From the NCBI GenBank assembly GCA_964016885.1, contig OZ024751.1:27156001-27220000 (forward strand): DNA of 64,000 nucleotides, given 5' to 3'. This DNA comes from Eledone cirrhosa (Eukaryota). Below the pieces are notes generated by a model. The model did not search any database, was not told where the DNA came from, and worked only from the letters and a program-made list of their open reading frames with translations. This document shows, piece by piece, positions 25,596 through 40,822 of the stretch (the stretch's first letter is position 1; every line of letters starts with the position of its first letter). The position numbers and the translations under genes were made by a program.

Positions 25596-26743
25596 TACAC
25601 ACACAACAAACTCACTTTCTTCCCTGTTTTAAATCTGAGCCCCTTAAACTGTTTACAGTTCAATATCGTATTTGATATTTTTGTTCCTCTTCGGAAATCA
25701 TTGAAATATTTTCCTATCACTTTAAAGTAATTCTATAAAACTCCTCATCGATAACAAAACCCTTGTCCCTATTCTTTTTTCTTTTTTTCTTCCTCTTTCG
25801 TTTTCTTTTTATCTTCTGTCTTGCCATCAAATGTCGTCTGCTTTTCTATTGTTTTACACTCGACTGATTTAGATAGAAGATAAAATAGAGGAAAATATGG
25901 GATTCACAGACGATAATATATATGAGTAGATGTATATATATACTCTAGTGTTTTATAAAAGAAGAATTATATATACACTACACACTCACATTATATATAT
26001 ATATATATATATAGTCACAGGCTATACATATGTATATATATATACGTGCGTGTATGTGTGCCTATATCGTGATTGAGTGTTTGAGTCGTGCATGGAGCTC
26101 GTTTACACAAGATATATATATATATATAGTATATAGTATATAGTGTATATATAGGCGTAAATTGTAGAGTTGAGAGATGTAGAGCGAGAGAGGTTGATAG
26201 TGAATTAATTGCACCAAAAGTACATGTACACCAATCATTTAACACAGCAGCATCAATAGGAGGAGAAAGAGAGAGAGAAGGGGACAGTGTCAAACACACT
26301 CACTCACACACACAGATATACACACACACTCACACACTTGTAAATCAGGTATACACTCACATACACAGATATATGTATGAAGATGGAGCGAGGTGGGAGA
26401 AGTTCAAACGATCGACATCATTGATAAAGATGAGGACATGCTTACACTGAAGAAGACTGGATAAAACGAATGGTAGAAATAAGGTTTGATAAATCCATGG
26501 CTGCTGGTTGTGATGCTTGTAATGTTGGTAATAATATAGTATAATTAGGAGAAGCAAGTGTTGTCTCCGTCATGTTGAATGTTTTGTGTCACCTGCTTGA
26601 GGATACTGCCCTAGACACAGCACACTATATAGAGGGAGATGTGGAAGTGTGAGTAACATCTGTGAGTGTGAGTGTGATATGTAGAGATTGAGTGGTGGCG
26701 GCGGTGGCGGCGGTCAATATCGCCTACACCGACACAACGACTC

Positions 26744-26882
<139 letters not shown>

Positions 26883-26964
26883 CTATAGGGTTAAATGTAT
26901 ATATTGTTAATACTGTAAATAAAACCCTTTTCTCTACTGTTGACCATCTTATTCTTCACTCTTT

Positions 26965-27045
<81 letters not shown>

Positions 27046-27091
27046 AATATATATAGATATACAACTGTGAATAATAATTAAAATGTTACAC

Positions 27092-27114
<23 letters not shown>

Positions 27115-27125
<11 letters not shown>

Positions 27126-27528
27126 ATTGTATATGTGTGTGCTGTAAGTGTGTGTGTGTAGTGAGTGTGTATGCTGTAAGTGTGTGTGTAGTGTGTGTGT
27201 GCTGTATGTGTGTGCTGTATGTGTGTGTGCTGTATGTGTGTGCTGTATGTGTGTATGTAGTGTGTGTGTGTGTTGCAAGTGTGTGCTGTATGTGTGTGCT
27301 ATAAGTGTGTGTGTAGTGTGTGTGTGCTGTATATGTGTATGTAGTGTGTGTGTGCTGTATGTGTGTTGTGTAGTGTGTGTGTGTGCTGTATGTGTGTGTG
27401 TGTGTGTGGTGTGCTGTATGTGTGTGTGTGTGTGTGTGGTGTGCTGTATGTGTGTGTGCTGTATGTGTGTGTGTGTGTGTAGTATGTGTGTGCTGTAAGT
27501 GTGTGCTGTGTGTGTGTGTGTGTGTGTG
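27115..27528. repeat. (GT)n-derived tract
   Basis: Direct reading. Confidence 0.9.
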
Positions 27529-27764
27529 AAGTTAAGGCGGTCCGCTGCGATTGATGTGCCGCGTCTGTCTGATATGGTCGGAAGAAGAAAAGAAACGGAG
27601 TAAAGGGAGAGAGGAGGAGGAGAAGGAGGAGGAGGTGTCCTGAAATCGCCTAGTCAACCAAATTGCTCGTCTGCTAGCGATTTCAGTTGCTTCTTTCATA
27701 CACCTCCCCCTTCTCTCTCTTCCTCTTTCTAACACTTGGTCAGCTGACGACTGAGAAATACATA

Positions 27765-28062
27765 GTACACTATATACTACACTACACATATACTATACAA
27801 CACTACACATATACTACACTACACATATACTATACTACATATATTCTACACTACACTACACTACACATATACTACACTACACATATACTATACTACACAT
27901 ATACTATACTACACACACTACACTACACTACACTACACTACACTACACTACACTACACTACACTACACATACTACACTACACATATACTATACTACACAT
28001 ATACTATACTACACATATACTACACTACACTACACTACACTACACTACACTACACTATACAC
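27765..28062. repeat. (ACACT/ATACT)n pentanucleotide tract
   Basis: Direct reading. Confidence 0.9.
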
Positions 28063-28659
28063 GTGTGCACTTAAAAGGAAACCGACGTGTGTATGTATGA
28101 AAGTGTGTACACATACACACTCGTTTCTCACACACCACCGTTCCACACACCTCTATAATACACACTAATTATGTCCTTCTTGTTATAGTTGTTGTTTTAT
28201 TGTCACTTGGTTTTTTGTGTTTTTGTTTTTTCCTCTTTTTTTAATGAAATTCTCCATCACAAGAATCATCATCATTGTAATTATCATTATCAGTAGAGGC
28301 AGCGGAGGTGGTGGTGGTGGTGGTGGTCAATAAGGCAGAAAACTACCGTTGTTGCTGCTGCTGTTATTGTAGCCATGGTAGCAGGTTGCTTGCTGCTGCT
28401 GCTACTGCAACTTCCTACAAATGTCACTCACTCTCACACTCCCACTCACACTCGACGTTTCAGCAGACGATAACCCTTAACCATTGATGATGAATGAATG
28501 AAACACTCGTTCTACATTCTCTCCTTGCTCCTCGTTGCAGCCAACTGCAGCAATGCAGAATTCATCATAGCATCAAAAGAATGCACGTCTGAAATTACAC
28601 GTTTTTTCAATATTGCATTTTTTGTTGTTGTTTTTTTGTATATTATTTCATTTTTTTTT

Positions 28660-28696
<37 letters not shown>

Positions 28697-29185
28697 TTCT
28701 GAATCTCTCTCCCCCCCCCTCTCTCTCTCTCTTTATCGTTTAAATGTCTTCCATTTCACTTTAATACGTATAAATATAATTCCATATTTTCTTCATTTAA
28801 AAATTCAATGAAGTTTAACATATAATCTGATTTTCTAATAGAAACGAGTCTTCCTTCCTTTTTCATCCAATTAATTTTCGTTCATATCATCAGATAATTC
28901 CGCAAATTCAGTTCCTTCTAAAATTGAAACATCATCTTCGTGGGACATATTATTATGGGGGGGGGGGGGGGGCTATGGAGGGTGTTTGTTATTTTATGTT
29001 TTATTACATCACAGCTCCATTACATACACAACATATATGTCACTATATACACACAAGATAATATATAATAATAATAATCATTTCTACTATAGACACAAGG
29101 CCAGCAATTTTGGGAGAGGGTAAGTCGATTAAATCGAACCAGTGCATAACTGGTACGAAAATTATTGCGTACAGTGCTCAGTTGC

Positions 29186-29221
<36 letters not shown>

Positions 29222-29226
<5 letters not shown>

Positions 29227-29381
29227 AACCAGTAAGACCCCGACAGCTGAGCTCAAGCCGTTTCGACGGCTTGAGCTCAGCTGTCGGGGTCTTACTGGTT
29301 CCTATTACCCACTCTACTACCTCAAGTATTGAGTACTTTGGTGCGTTATGGTCCACCTGGTTCCTTACCACACTTCCTTCG

Positions 29382-29385
<4 letters not shown>
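29222..29385 (+). mobile_element. Fold-back element family B: perfect 40-bp hairpin (29222-29305, loop TTCG) plus 80-bp tail, in (TA)n
   Basis: Arms are exact reverse complements and contain the hammerhead 3' half GAAAC GGC TTGAGCTCA GCT GTC. Confidence 0.8.
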
Positions 29386-29418
<33 letters not shown>

Positions 29419-29521
29419 GAGGTTATATTTAATTTGTTGGGATTCAACAAGCTTAAAAATTTTTATATATTATTTTTGTATATTATTTCATTTTTTGGGG
29501 CTCTCTCTCTCTCTCCCTTTC

Positions 29522-29585
<64 letters not shown>

Positions 29586-30639
29586 TTGGGTTTTTTTTTC
29601 CGCTGGAGAAAATAGTCTTTAAAAATGTCGAATAAAAAAGCGTAAAATATCAGATAGCAATGATAATAAAATATAGCAATAAATAATAACAATAACAATG
29701 ATATAAACATCTAAGATGTCTCTTTTGTGGAGGTTGATTGCGCTATATAGCCGTCAACATTAGCGAGTTATCTGCACGGCAATTGCGCTTCTCTTTCTGT
29801 TGCAGGAATATTAGTTATACGTCCGATAACTCCATCGACTATCTACACGGTAATGTTAGTCTCTTAAACTAGACTACCTGCACGACGTGTAGATAGATGC
29901 TTTATTGCTTTTCTGTTTGTTTTTCTTCCCGTTCTATCTGCACGGCGACTCTTCACCCCACCCCACCCGACATATCCCCACTGCTTTCTATTCTTTTTTG
30001 ACTGTAGTGGTAGATATACACCCGTCTCCCAGATCAGTTACCTATCCGATACAATTCACTATTACTTCTATTAAGATCTTTTTTTCCTCTACTTCAGAGG
30101 TTCTCAAAGTGTGTGGGGGGGGGGGGGGCACTGGGACCTAAGGGTGCGTGTGATAGAGATGATATGAGATATAATAGTATATTAAATATCATGCCTTTCA
30201 TCCTTACGGGGTCGATAAAATAAAGTACCAGTAATGCACTGATATAATTGCTGGCCTTGTGCCAAAAGTAGAAACAATTATTTATATATTATATTATTTA
30301 TATATTATTTATTGTATATAAATTAACGATTTTATTATATATTATTTACAATTTATGTGTAGGTCTCTGGAAATAGGTGTGGGTGGGGCTGTGAGGATAT
30401 TACGTGGTATAAAGTTTGACAAGCTCTGCTCTACTTCAACAGACGGCAATAATTATATCTAGGTTCAATTCCCAGCTTCGCCATCTCACGTGTTTTTTTT
30501 GGTAGTTTTTCTGGAGTTTCTTCCCAATATTTAGATACAGCAACGGAGCCATGTTTCTTTATTAAATAACAACAACAATAAACAACATTAAATTAACAGA
30601 ATTTACTAATTGTCAATAAGCAGCATGTTCTAATTAATG

Positions 30640-31155
30640 TGGCTGCTGTTGATGTTGCTGCTGTATATTACTGCTGCTGTTGATGTTGCTGCTGCACATC
30701 ACTGTTGATGTTGCTGTTGCTGATATTGCTGCTGCACATCACTGCTCCACATCACTGCTGCTGCTGCACATCACTGCTGCTGTTGATGTTGCTGTTGCAC
30801 ATCATTGCTGCTGCTGCTGCACATCATTGCTGCAGATATTGCTGCTGTTACACATCACTGCTGCTGTTGTTAATATTGCTGCTGTTTTTGAAATTGCACA
30901 TCGTTGCTGCTGTTGTTGCTGCTGCAGATATTGCTGCTGTTGCAGCTGCTGTTACATATCACTGCTGCTGTTGCCGCTGCAACCCTCACTGCCTGCCGCT
31001 GCTGATGGTCATGATGATGATGATGCTGCTCTTAACGAATACTTCTACTACCGCACCTACAGCCACAGCTACCACTACTACTACTAATACTACTACAACT
31101 ACTACAACTACTACCAATACTACTACTACTAATAATAATAATAATAATACTGCTA

Positions 31156-31186
<31 letters not shown>

Positions 31187-32540
31187 CACACTAACACTAC
31201 CACTACTACTACTACCACTACTACTACCACTACTACCACTACTATCACTACTAACACTACTACCACTACCACTACTACTACCACTACTACTACTACCACT
31301 ACTACTACCACACTACCACTACTACTAATACTACTATTACCACACTACCACTACCACTACTACTACTACTACTATTACCACACTACTACTACCACTACCA
31401 CTACTACTACCACTACTACTACTACCACACTACCACTACTACTAATACTACTATTACCACACTACCACTACCACTACTACCACTACTACTACCACTACCA
31501 CTACTACCATTACCACTACTACTACTACTACTATTACCACTACTACTACCACTACCACTACTACCACTACTACTACCACTACCACTACTACCATTACCAC
31601 TACTACTACTACTACTATTACCACTACTACTACCACTACCACTACTACCACTACTACTACCACTACTACTACTACCACTACTACTACTACTACCACTACC
31701 ACTACTACTACTACCACTACTACTACTATTACTACTAACACTATTTCTGCTGCTGTTTATATGTAGATCGATGCATGAGAACTGTGCCACCATCACCACC
31801 ACCACCACCACTACCACCACCACCATCACCACCACCACCACCACCACCACTACCACCACCACCACCATCACCACCACCACCACCACCACCACCACCACCA
31901 TCACCACCACCACCACCACCACCACTACCACCACCACCAACACCACCACCATTACCACCACTACCATCACCACCACCACCATCACCACCATCACCACCAT
32001 CACCACCACCATCACCACCACCAACACCACCACCAACACCACCACCACTACCATCACCACCACCAACACCACCACCACCACCATCACTACCACTACCACC
32101 ACCACCACTATTACCACCACCACCACCACCACTAACACCACCACTACCACCACCACCAACACCATCATCACCACCATCACCACCATCATCATCACCATCA
32201 GCATCATCACCATCACCACCACTACCACCATCACCATCACCACCACCATTACCACCACCACCATCACCACCACCACCATCACCACCACCACCATCACCAC
32301 CACCACCATCACCACCAACACCACCACTACCACCACTACCACCACCACCACCACCACTACCACCACTACCACCACCAACACCACTACCACCACCACCAGC
32401 ACCACCACCACTTCTACCACCACCACCATCACCAACACCACTACCACCACCACCACCACTACTACTACCACCACCACCACCACCACTACTACTACTGTTG
32501 CTGCTGCTGCTGCTGCTGCTATTACTACTACTACTACTAT
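30640..32540. repeat. Compound trinucleotide region (TGC)n, (ACT/ACC)n, (ACC/ATC)n
   Basis: Direct reading; explains the poly-T/P/V/S ORFs. Confidence 0.93.
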
Positions 32541-32594
32541 GTCTGCTATATCTGTTGAAAACAGTTAATATGTAGAAATGACCACACTAGTGTG

Positions 32595-32632
<38 letters not shown>

Positions 32633-32657
32633 TGAGAGAGAGAGAGACATACTGAAG

Positions 32658-32708
<51 letters not shown>

Positions 32709-33137
32709 AAGGAGAGAGTGTGTGAGAGAGAGAGAGAAACTGAAGGAGAGAGTGTGAGACAGAGAGAGTAAAAAAGATAGGGAAAGTATAAGATGGAAAA
32801 TGAGATAATGAGAAAGAGTGAGAGAGACATAGAGATGTAAATGAAGGAGAAAGCTAATCTGAGAGAGAGAGAGACTTGAGAACGAAAGAAAGTGGGAGAA
32901 TTAGTATGTGTAGCTCTTCAATATTGGGAGATATTAGTATGTGTAGCTCTTCAATGTTGGGAGGTATGTGTAACATAAAATGACTTCACATTGCAAATGA
33001 AATGGAAAATGGAAAAACAGGAATAAACGATATATAAGGTAGACAAATAAACAACACAAACATACATATGTTAAATAATACAAGTACACACACACACACA
33101 TATATCTATACTACACACACACATATATATCTATACT

Positions 33138-33181
<44 letters not shown>

Positions 33182-33235
33182 GTATGTATATTATAAATAT
33201 ATATATGCATTATATATATATATATTATATATGTT

Positions 33236-33563
33236 TCATTTTACGTCCACTTTTCCCTGCTTGCAAGGGTGGGACGGGAACTGATTCTGGCTTGATTTCT
33301 ACAGCTGGATGCCCTTCCTAACACCAACCTCATTTACAGTGAGTGCTGGGTGCTTTTATTCCGTGGCACCTCCACGACCACTTTGCAGTGGAATGATAGA
33401 GACCCCCAGTCCCTATCATCTCACTTCTACAGCTGAGTAAACTGGAGCAATGTGAAATAAAGTGTCTTGCTCAAGGAAACAACACATCACCCGGTCTGAG
33501 AATTGAACTCACAACCTTTCGATTGCAAGGCCAATGCTCTAACCACTAAGCCATGTGCCTCCA
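33236..33563 (-). mobile_element. SINE family 2 copy
   Basis: Reverse complement of the 10707-11050 unit. Confidence 0.85.
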
Positions 33564-33884
33564 TGTATATATATATACTTACGTAAGTATATATATATAC
33601 TTACATACACACATATATCAGTAGCAGTATCAATAAGAATAGGAATAATCAGTGATAAAATAATATGTAGATTTGCTAACTTCAGGAGTGGGGGGGGGGG
33701 GGAGAGTTATCAGAAGAGACTATTAGTTAATCCATCAAAGATAGCTACTGTATGTAAACAGTGGAACTGTTGAATGAAGAATCAGTGGGTTAAATGGACA
33801 TTGAGTGAGAGTGGTGGCCCACAACGTCATCAGTTTGGCGGCGGGAGAGGGGAAAGTAAATTATATTTACCGCAGTACAAACTA

Positions 33885-34340
33885 TTAGCTCCCCAGAAAT
33901 ATAAAATGAGGCATGATAGAGTGGAGCAATATTTACACTAATGTGCAGGTTTTACGGTATAAAAATGGTGGGAAAATGGTACAAGCATCCCTGTCAATAC
34001 TGACAGATCAATCAAGGCCAACAGACCTGATATAATTGTGAAGGACCATAAAGAGAAAACATGTTTCTTAATTGACATGAGCATTCCATCAGATCGTAAC
34101 ATCTCCTCGAAAGAGTTTGGAAAGCTCAGTAAGTATAAAGATCTATCAATTAAAATTGAGAAAATGTGGCATCTTAAGGCCTGTACAATAGCAATGATGG
34201 TCAGTGCACTTGATGTGATAAAAGAGAATACTGAAAAATATTTGGACCGGATACCTGGGAAGTCATCTCTGCAAGAGATACAGAAAATAGTACTGACTGG
34301 TACTGCCCATGTCCTAAGAAGGACAGAATTATTTATTTAA
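33885..34340 (+). mobile_element. Non-LTR retrotransposon 3' end with restriction-like endonuclease (R4/Dong-like)
   Basis: YKMRHDRV, then TDRSIKANRPDIIVKD...CFLIDMSIPSD...KLSKYKDL...EIQKIVLTGTAHVLRR: RHD, PD..D and K..KY motifs of RLE domains. Confidence 0.85.
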
Positions 34341-34599
34341 AAACCTTGCAAAGACCTTTATTGTTGTTTGTGCTCTTGTGGCATCATTTGTGTGACAATT
34401 GATTCTAAAATGTGTTTATTGTCAAATTTTACCTCAAGCACCTTTACCTTGGCATGATCTGGAGAAGAAGCAGAACTGAAAGGAAGTTTCAGGTAATAAT
34501 AATAACAAGAAGAAGAAAAAGGAGGAGGAGGAGGTGGACAACAGCAATAATAACAACAACAACAACAATGTTTTTTGGTCATGAGTACATTGAAGACAT

Positions 34600-35482
34600 A
34601 TACAATATATAGGACACAATACAATATATAGGACAATACAATATATAGGACAATACAATATATAGGACACAATACAATATATAGGACAATACAATATATA
34701 GGACACAATACAATACAATATATAGGACAATACAATATATAGAACAATACAATATATAGGACAATACAATATATAGGACACAATACAATATATAGGACAA
34801 TACAATATATAGGACACAATACAATACAATATATAGGACAATACAATATATAGGACACAATACAATATATAGGAAACAATACAATATATAGGACAATACA
34901 ATATATAGGACACAATACAATATATAGGACAATACAATATATAGGACAATACAATATATAGGACACAATACAATATATAGGACAATACAATATATAGGAC
35001 ACAATACAATACAATATATAGGACAATACAATATATAGGACATAATACAATATATAGGAAACAATACAATATATAGGACAATACAATATATAGGACAATA
35101 CAATATATAGAACACAATACAATATATAGGACAATACAATATATAGGACACAATACAATATATAGGACAATACAATATATAGAACAATACAATATATAGA
35201 ACAATACAATATATAGAACACAATACAATATATAGGACAATACAATATATAGGACACAATACAATACAATATATAGGACAATACAATATATAGGACACAA
35301 TACAATATATAGGAAACAATACAATATATAGGACAATACAATATATAGGACAATACAATATATAGGACACAATACAATATATAGGACAATACAATATATA
35401 GGACACAATACAATATATAGGACAATACAATATATAGGACACAATACAATATATAGGACAATACAATATATAGGACACAATA
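34600..35482. repeat. 17/19-bp minisatellite (CAATATATAGGACACAATA variants)
   Basis: Roughly 45 head-to-tail units. Confidence 0.95.
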
Positions 35483-35689
35483 CTGGTTTCTATGGCTGGA
35501 TGCCCTTCCTAATGCCAACCACATTTATGGTGGGTGCTTTTTTTGATGACACCAACACAACCACTTTACCACGTGGACTGGGGAGTTGGACAAGGATTGA
35601 AGTAAATCTCGGTGAAGGGTGGGATGTTAGGGTATGGGTGGTGTGTTAGGGTATGGGTGGCGTGTTAGGACGTGTGAGGTGAAGGTGCA

Positions 35690-36090
35690 ACCCTGTGTCA
35701 TCTCCTTTGTGAGGAGCAACTGTGCAAGGTCAACTTTTATCACCTCATCCCAACTCTTCCTGGGTCTTCCTACTCCATAGCTTCCATCAACTTTGAGCGT
35801 TCTGCATCTTTTTACACAGCTGTTGTCCTTCATACACATCACATGTCCATACAAATCTCCTCCACACTGCATATCATCCCTCTTATCCCTAGTTTCTCTC
35901 TCAGTTCATTTATATTTTACCATTCATATATATTACTATTACACATCCATCGGGGCATGGAAGCTTCATTCCTTTCCAATCTACGTAAGTCTTCTGCACA
36001 CAGCACCCATGTCTCACTACTATACAACATTGCTCTTCCTATACACACATCCTACAATTTGCCCTTCATTTTGAGAAAAAAAACCTTAAG
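35690..36090 (-). mobile_element. RTE-clade LINE C-terminal fragment
   Basis: YGHVMCMKDNSCVKRCRTLKVDGSYGVGRPRKSWDEVIKVDL; related pieces at 36870-37090 and 38880-39210. Confidence 0.75.
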
Positions 36091-36289
36091 TGGCTAGCAA
36101 TGGTAGCATATATATATATATATATATATATACATACGCACACGCACATACACACAGAAACAGATGTACAGAAAAATCATATGCACACACATGCACACAT
36201 CAACCACCGAACCATTCATCCAACCACCACACCACCATCCAGCCACCCAACCACCCTACCACCCAACCACCATCTAACCATCCTGTCAC

Positions 36290-36520
36290 CCAGCCACCCA
36301 ACCATCCAACCACCCCATTCCTCAACCATCCAGTCACCCCCATTCCTCAACCACCCAACCATCCAGTCACCCCCATTCCTCAACCACCCAACCTACCAGT
36401 CACCCCCATTCCTCAACCACCCAACCATCCAGTCACCCCCATTCCTCAACCACCCAACCATCCAGCCACCCCATTCCTCAACCATTCAGCCACCCCCCTT
36501 CCTCAACCATCCAACCAATG
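36290..36520. repeat. 33-bp minisatellite (CAACCACCCAACCATCCAGTCACCCCCATTCCT)
   Basis: About 6 copies. Confidence 0.9.
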
Positions 36521-37100
36521 GTAGTTTCAAATTAGTTGGTTTAGTTGCCATGGAAATGTGGATTTATGGAGATTATTGACAAAACTGGACAAGAAAGACT
36601 AATAACAAGATGGAGAGAGGTGGGGAGAGGGGGAGAAAGAGAGAGAGAGAGAGGTGGATAGAGAGAGGTGAAGAGAGAGAGAGGTGGAAAGAGAAGCACG
36701 GAAGAGAAAAATGGCAATTTTCTCTCATGTAACATAAATTTCCTTCTGTTGGAAATATTTAAATGGTGACCTGTAGATATTGTTGTTGTTGTTATTGTAG
36801 CTCTAGTGATTGTTATTGTAGTTGTTGTTGTAGCTGTTGTTTACTGTGTAATACCAGAGATCCCAGTTCTGTGTCATCGTTGTTGAGAGGTGCAATTGGA
36901 CAAGGTCAGCTTTTATCACCTCGTCCCAAGTCTTCCACGGCTTCTATCGACTTTGAACCCTATGCCCCTTTTTATACAGCTGACATCCTTCATACACATC
37001 ACATGTCCATACCAACGTAGTCTCCTCTCCTTCACGCAACATTTCATTCCTCTTATGCCTGGTTTCTCTCTCAGTACATTTATACTTTGCCGTTCTTGTA

Positions 37101-37900
37101 TAGTGGTATAGTTCTGTATTGACCAGTAGAGTTTAGTATATAGTGGTATAGTTCTGTATTGACCAGTAGAGTTTAGTATATAGTGGTATAGTTCTGTATT
37201 GACCAGTAGAGTTTAGTATATAGTGGTATAGTTCTGTATTGACCAGTAGAGTTTAGTATATAGTGGTATAGTTCTGTATTGACCAGTAGAGTTTAGTATA
37301 TAGTGGTATAGTTCTGTATTGACCAGTAGAGTTTAGTATATAGTGGTATAGTTCTGTATTGACCAGTAGAGTTTAGTATATAGTGGTATAGTTCTGTATT
37401 GACCAGTAGAGTTTAGTATATAGTGGTATAGTTCTGTATTGACCAGTAGAGTTTAGTATATAGTGGTATAGTTCTGTATTGACCAGTAGAGTTTAGTATA
37501 GAGTGGTATAGTTCTGTATTGACCAGTAGAGTTTAGTATATAGTGGTATAGTTCTGTATTGACCAGTAGAGTTTAGTATATAGTGGTATAGTTCTGTATT
37601 GACCAGTAGAGTTTAGTATAGAGTGGTATAGTTCTGTATTGACCAGTAGAGTTTAGTATATAGTGGTATAGTTCTGTATTGACAAGGAGAGTTTAGTATA
37701 GAGTGGTATAGTTCTGTATTGACCAGTAGAGTTTAGTATATAGTGGTATAGTTCTGTATTGACCAGTAGAGTTTAGTATAGAGTGGTATAGTTCTGTATT
37801 GACCAGTAGAGTTTAGTATATAGTGGTATAGTTCTGTATTGACCAGTAGAGTTTAGTATAGAGTGGTATAGTTCTGTATTGACAAGGAGAGTTTAGTATA
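37101..37900. repeat. 40-bp minisatellite, 20 nearly identical copies
   Basis: TAGTGGTATAGTTCTGTATTGACCAGTAGAGTTTAGTATA x20. Confidence 0.98.
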
Positions 37901-37949
37901 GTGCAGTGGGGACTAGTAAAAAGTAAAGAGCCCCTTCAGTCATAAATGA

Positions 37950-38235
37950 TGATGGGTTTTGCACCCAGAAAGTTCCTCTCTGAGGAATAAGTCCAGGCAA
38001 GGTTGTTTTGTGAAAGACCAGCAGTCATACCAATCTCCCGTCTCCAGTCCACCAATGTTGTCCAAGGGAAAGGCAATGGCTGATACAGCTTGGTACCAGT
38101 TGCAACTCATGTCTACTGCTGAACTGGAGCAACATGAAATAAAGTGTCTTGTTGAAGGACACAACACATCACACAGTTCAGCAATTGAACTCACAACCTC
38201 CTGATAGTGAATCAAATTCTCTAACCACTAAGCCA
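37950..38235 (-). mobile_element. Diverged SINE related to family 2
   Basis: ACTGGAGCAACATGAAATAAAGTGTCTTG...GAACTCACAACC...CTAACCACTAAGCC; older relatives at about 3440-3630, 56300-56600 and 56840-57170. Confidence 0.65.
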
Positions 38236-40133
38236 GTAAAAAGCTGTTTACAAATGTAGATAACAGGATAGAACAATATAGAACATGGTAGAATAGTATA
38301 GAACATGGTAGAAGACTATAGAACATGGCAGAAGACTATAGAACATGATAGAATAGTATAGGACATGGTAGAATAGTATAGAACATGAGAAAGAATATAG
38401 ACAAAGTTAAGGAGAGTTAAGACAGTAATGATAGCCAAAAAGAATGAGTGCTAGAGAAAGAAAGAATCAAATAATATTTATAACACAAAATATCATTGTA
38501 TAAATTATTTATAATATACTTAATGAATCATTGTGTAAAATATTTATAACATTTTTACATTATAACATTTAATGTATATTTGATGTAGAAAATATTTATA
38601 ACATCTTCAATGTACCATTCCATAGAATATTTATAACATTATAAATGTATAAAACATTTATATATTTAAAATGTCATTGTATTTATAGCTTGTTCATAGT
38701 ATCATTGTATGATTTATTTACAGTATATTCAATGTATATAAAATATTTATAACATATTTAATGTGTCATTGTATAAAATATTTATAAAATAACTCATCAT
38801 TATCATAATCATTATCACTGTTTTATATCCTTCTTTCCATTGGCTGGACATGTCCTTTCCAGCACAGCATCTTCTTAATCATCTCAGTCCTTTGTCATCT
38901 CTTCTGTTTGATTCAGTGATTTGAGATCAGATCTGACAACCTTTGTCTAGGTCTTCCTTGGTCTCCCTCTACCACAGCTCCCTTCCACTGAGATTTCTTG
39001 GCTGTTCTTCACCCATCCATACACATCACATGTCCATACCAGCACAGTCTTCTCACACTATATCTAATCCCTCTTTTTTTCTCAGCTCATCTATATAGTG
39101 CTTTCATGTATGTGAACATTGCCCATCCACTGAAGCATGCTTGCTTCATTTCTCTCCAGCCTTCACATATCTTCCATGTTCACTGTCCATGTTTCACTAC
39201 AATGCAACATTACACCTCAGCACTCCACATCAGGTGTACCTATTTAAGTAAGATCATGGATCATGTAGGTTGCTACCCAACAGAGTATTGCTATGATAAT
39301 TAATATGAAGCCACAGTTCTACTTTTTCATACTTCAATTTATACAATAATGACTGTTATGTACATTTTAGAGGTGTCAGGTGATTGTTACCTAAGAATAA
39401 TATAAGTCAGGCACATTTTCATCAATTTGTATTTTACAAAGTTGGGGATATGAAGGTTGAAGGACGTAGGTCGATGATTGTTCAAAATTCAATCAACACT
39501 TTCTGCTATTCTTCTAAACACACACACTAAGATATTAACTTATCTCTTCATTGGAAGAAAAGTACTCTCATGGTTGGCAGGTCAGTGTTTTAGTATGAAG
39601 GTCAGTGAAGTAAATGTTGGAGCTCAGTTATTGTATTAATGTGGCTCAGGTCATAGTTGGCATGCTTAGATAGTCCAAGAAGGTGATAAGAAATTATTTG
39701 AGGGAGATTTTACTGCTATTTCTAGCAAATTGGTGACTCTAGAAATTCCCTTCAATGTTAACAGCATGTGGGTGATAGTTTTATCCCCAAACTCCATTGA
39801 TTAGTTAACCATGTATAAACACAGAAGTTCATTAATGCCAGACCAAATATATTCTGGCCAAAATGTCTACAAGGGGACATGATTCTTTCACTAATTGACC
39901 ATTCCTCATTGGAATGGACAGTCCAATTTCACAGACCGTTTTATAACATTCATCAATTTAACTTGCCGTATTCACTTTGACGTGATAGAAATTTATTGAA
40001 TGTAATAAACATATGAATATATATGAAAATATATATTCATATGATGATGATGCTGATATATGACGTGTGTGTGTGTGTGTGTATTGTGTGTGCATATATA
40101 TACATATATATATATATAAAGAGAGACATAGAC

Positions 40134-40175
<42 letters not shown>

Positions 40176-40647
40176 GGGGGGAGAGAGAGAGAGAGAGAGA
40201 GAGTCTGCAGCACTGAGACCAAGGAGACTGACTATTAATCATGAGAATACTCAATGCAGGGGGAGATGCTTGTAACTGCAGTTGTGCCTTGTTGCTGGGT
40301 TAGTATGGGTCACTTGATGAGCACTTTCAGATTAATAATCTTTCATCAGATTATTCCTGGCTTGAGAAATCCAATACTTATCATAGAATATCTATAGGTG
40401 CTTCGATGTGTCCAGGGCAATGGTTTAGGGTAGGCACCCTCTTCTAAATACAATGTGCCATTGCTATTCTTAGATCTACCGTATCTCGTTACTCTGTAAG
40501 TATTTTTATGGTTATGTTCCTTCCACACATTTCTCAGTGTGGAACTCTGCGCTCCTCCGAGGCGTCATTTTATTAAAATGTTCAAGTATTCTGTTATGCC
40601 GTTCATATTCTGTGGAACCAATGTATTTGGCTTCTTGTTGTTGGTGT

Positions 40648-40822
40648 TGGTGGTTGGTGTTACAGTGTGGTATCTGTGAGTGGTGGTGGTTGGTGTTACA
40701 GTGTGGTATCTGTGAGTGGTGGTGGTTGGTGTTACAGTGTGGTATCTGTGAGTGGTGGTGGTTGGTGTTACAGTGTGGTATCTGTGAGTGGTGGTGGTTG
40801 GTGTTACAGTGTGGTATCTGTG
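40648..40822. repeat. 36-bp tandem repeat, about 5 copies
   Basis: GTGGTGGTGGTTGGTGTTACAGTGTGGTATCTGTGA. Confidence 0.92.

Noticed and set aside
31422-32575. Extensin-like poly-Pro, poly-Thr and poly-Val ORFs
   Set aside because: Products of an (ACC)n microsatellite open in several frames.
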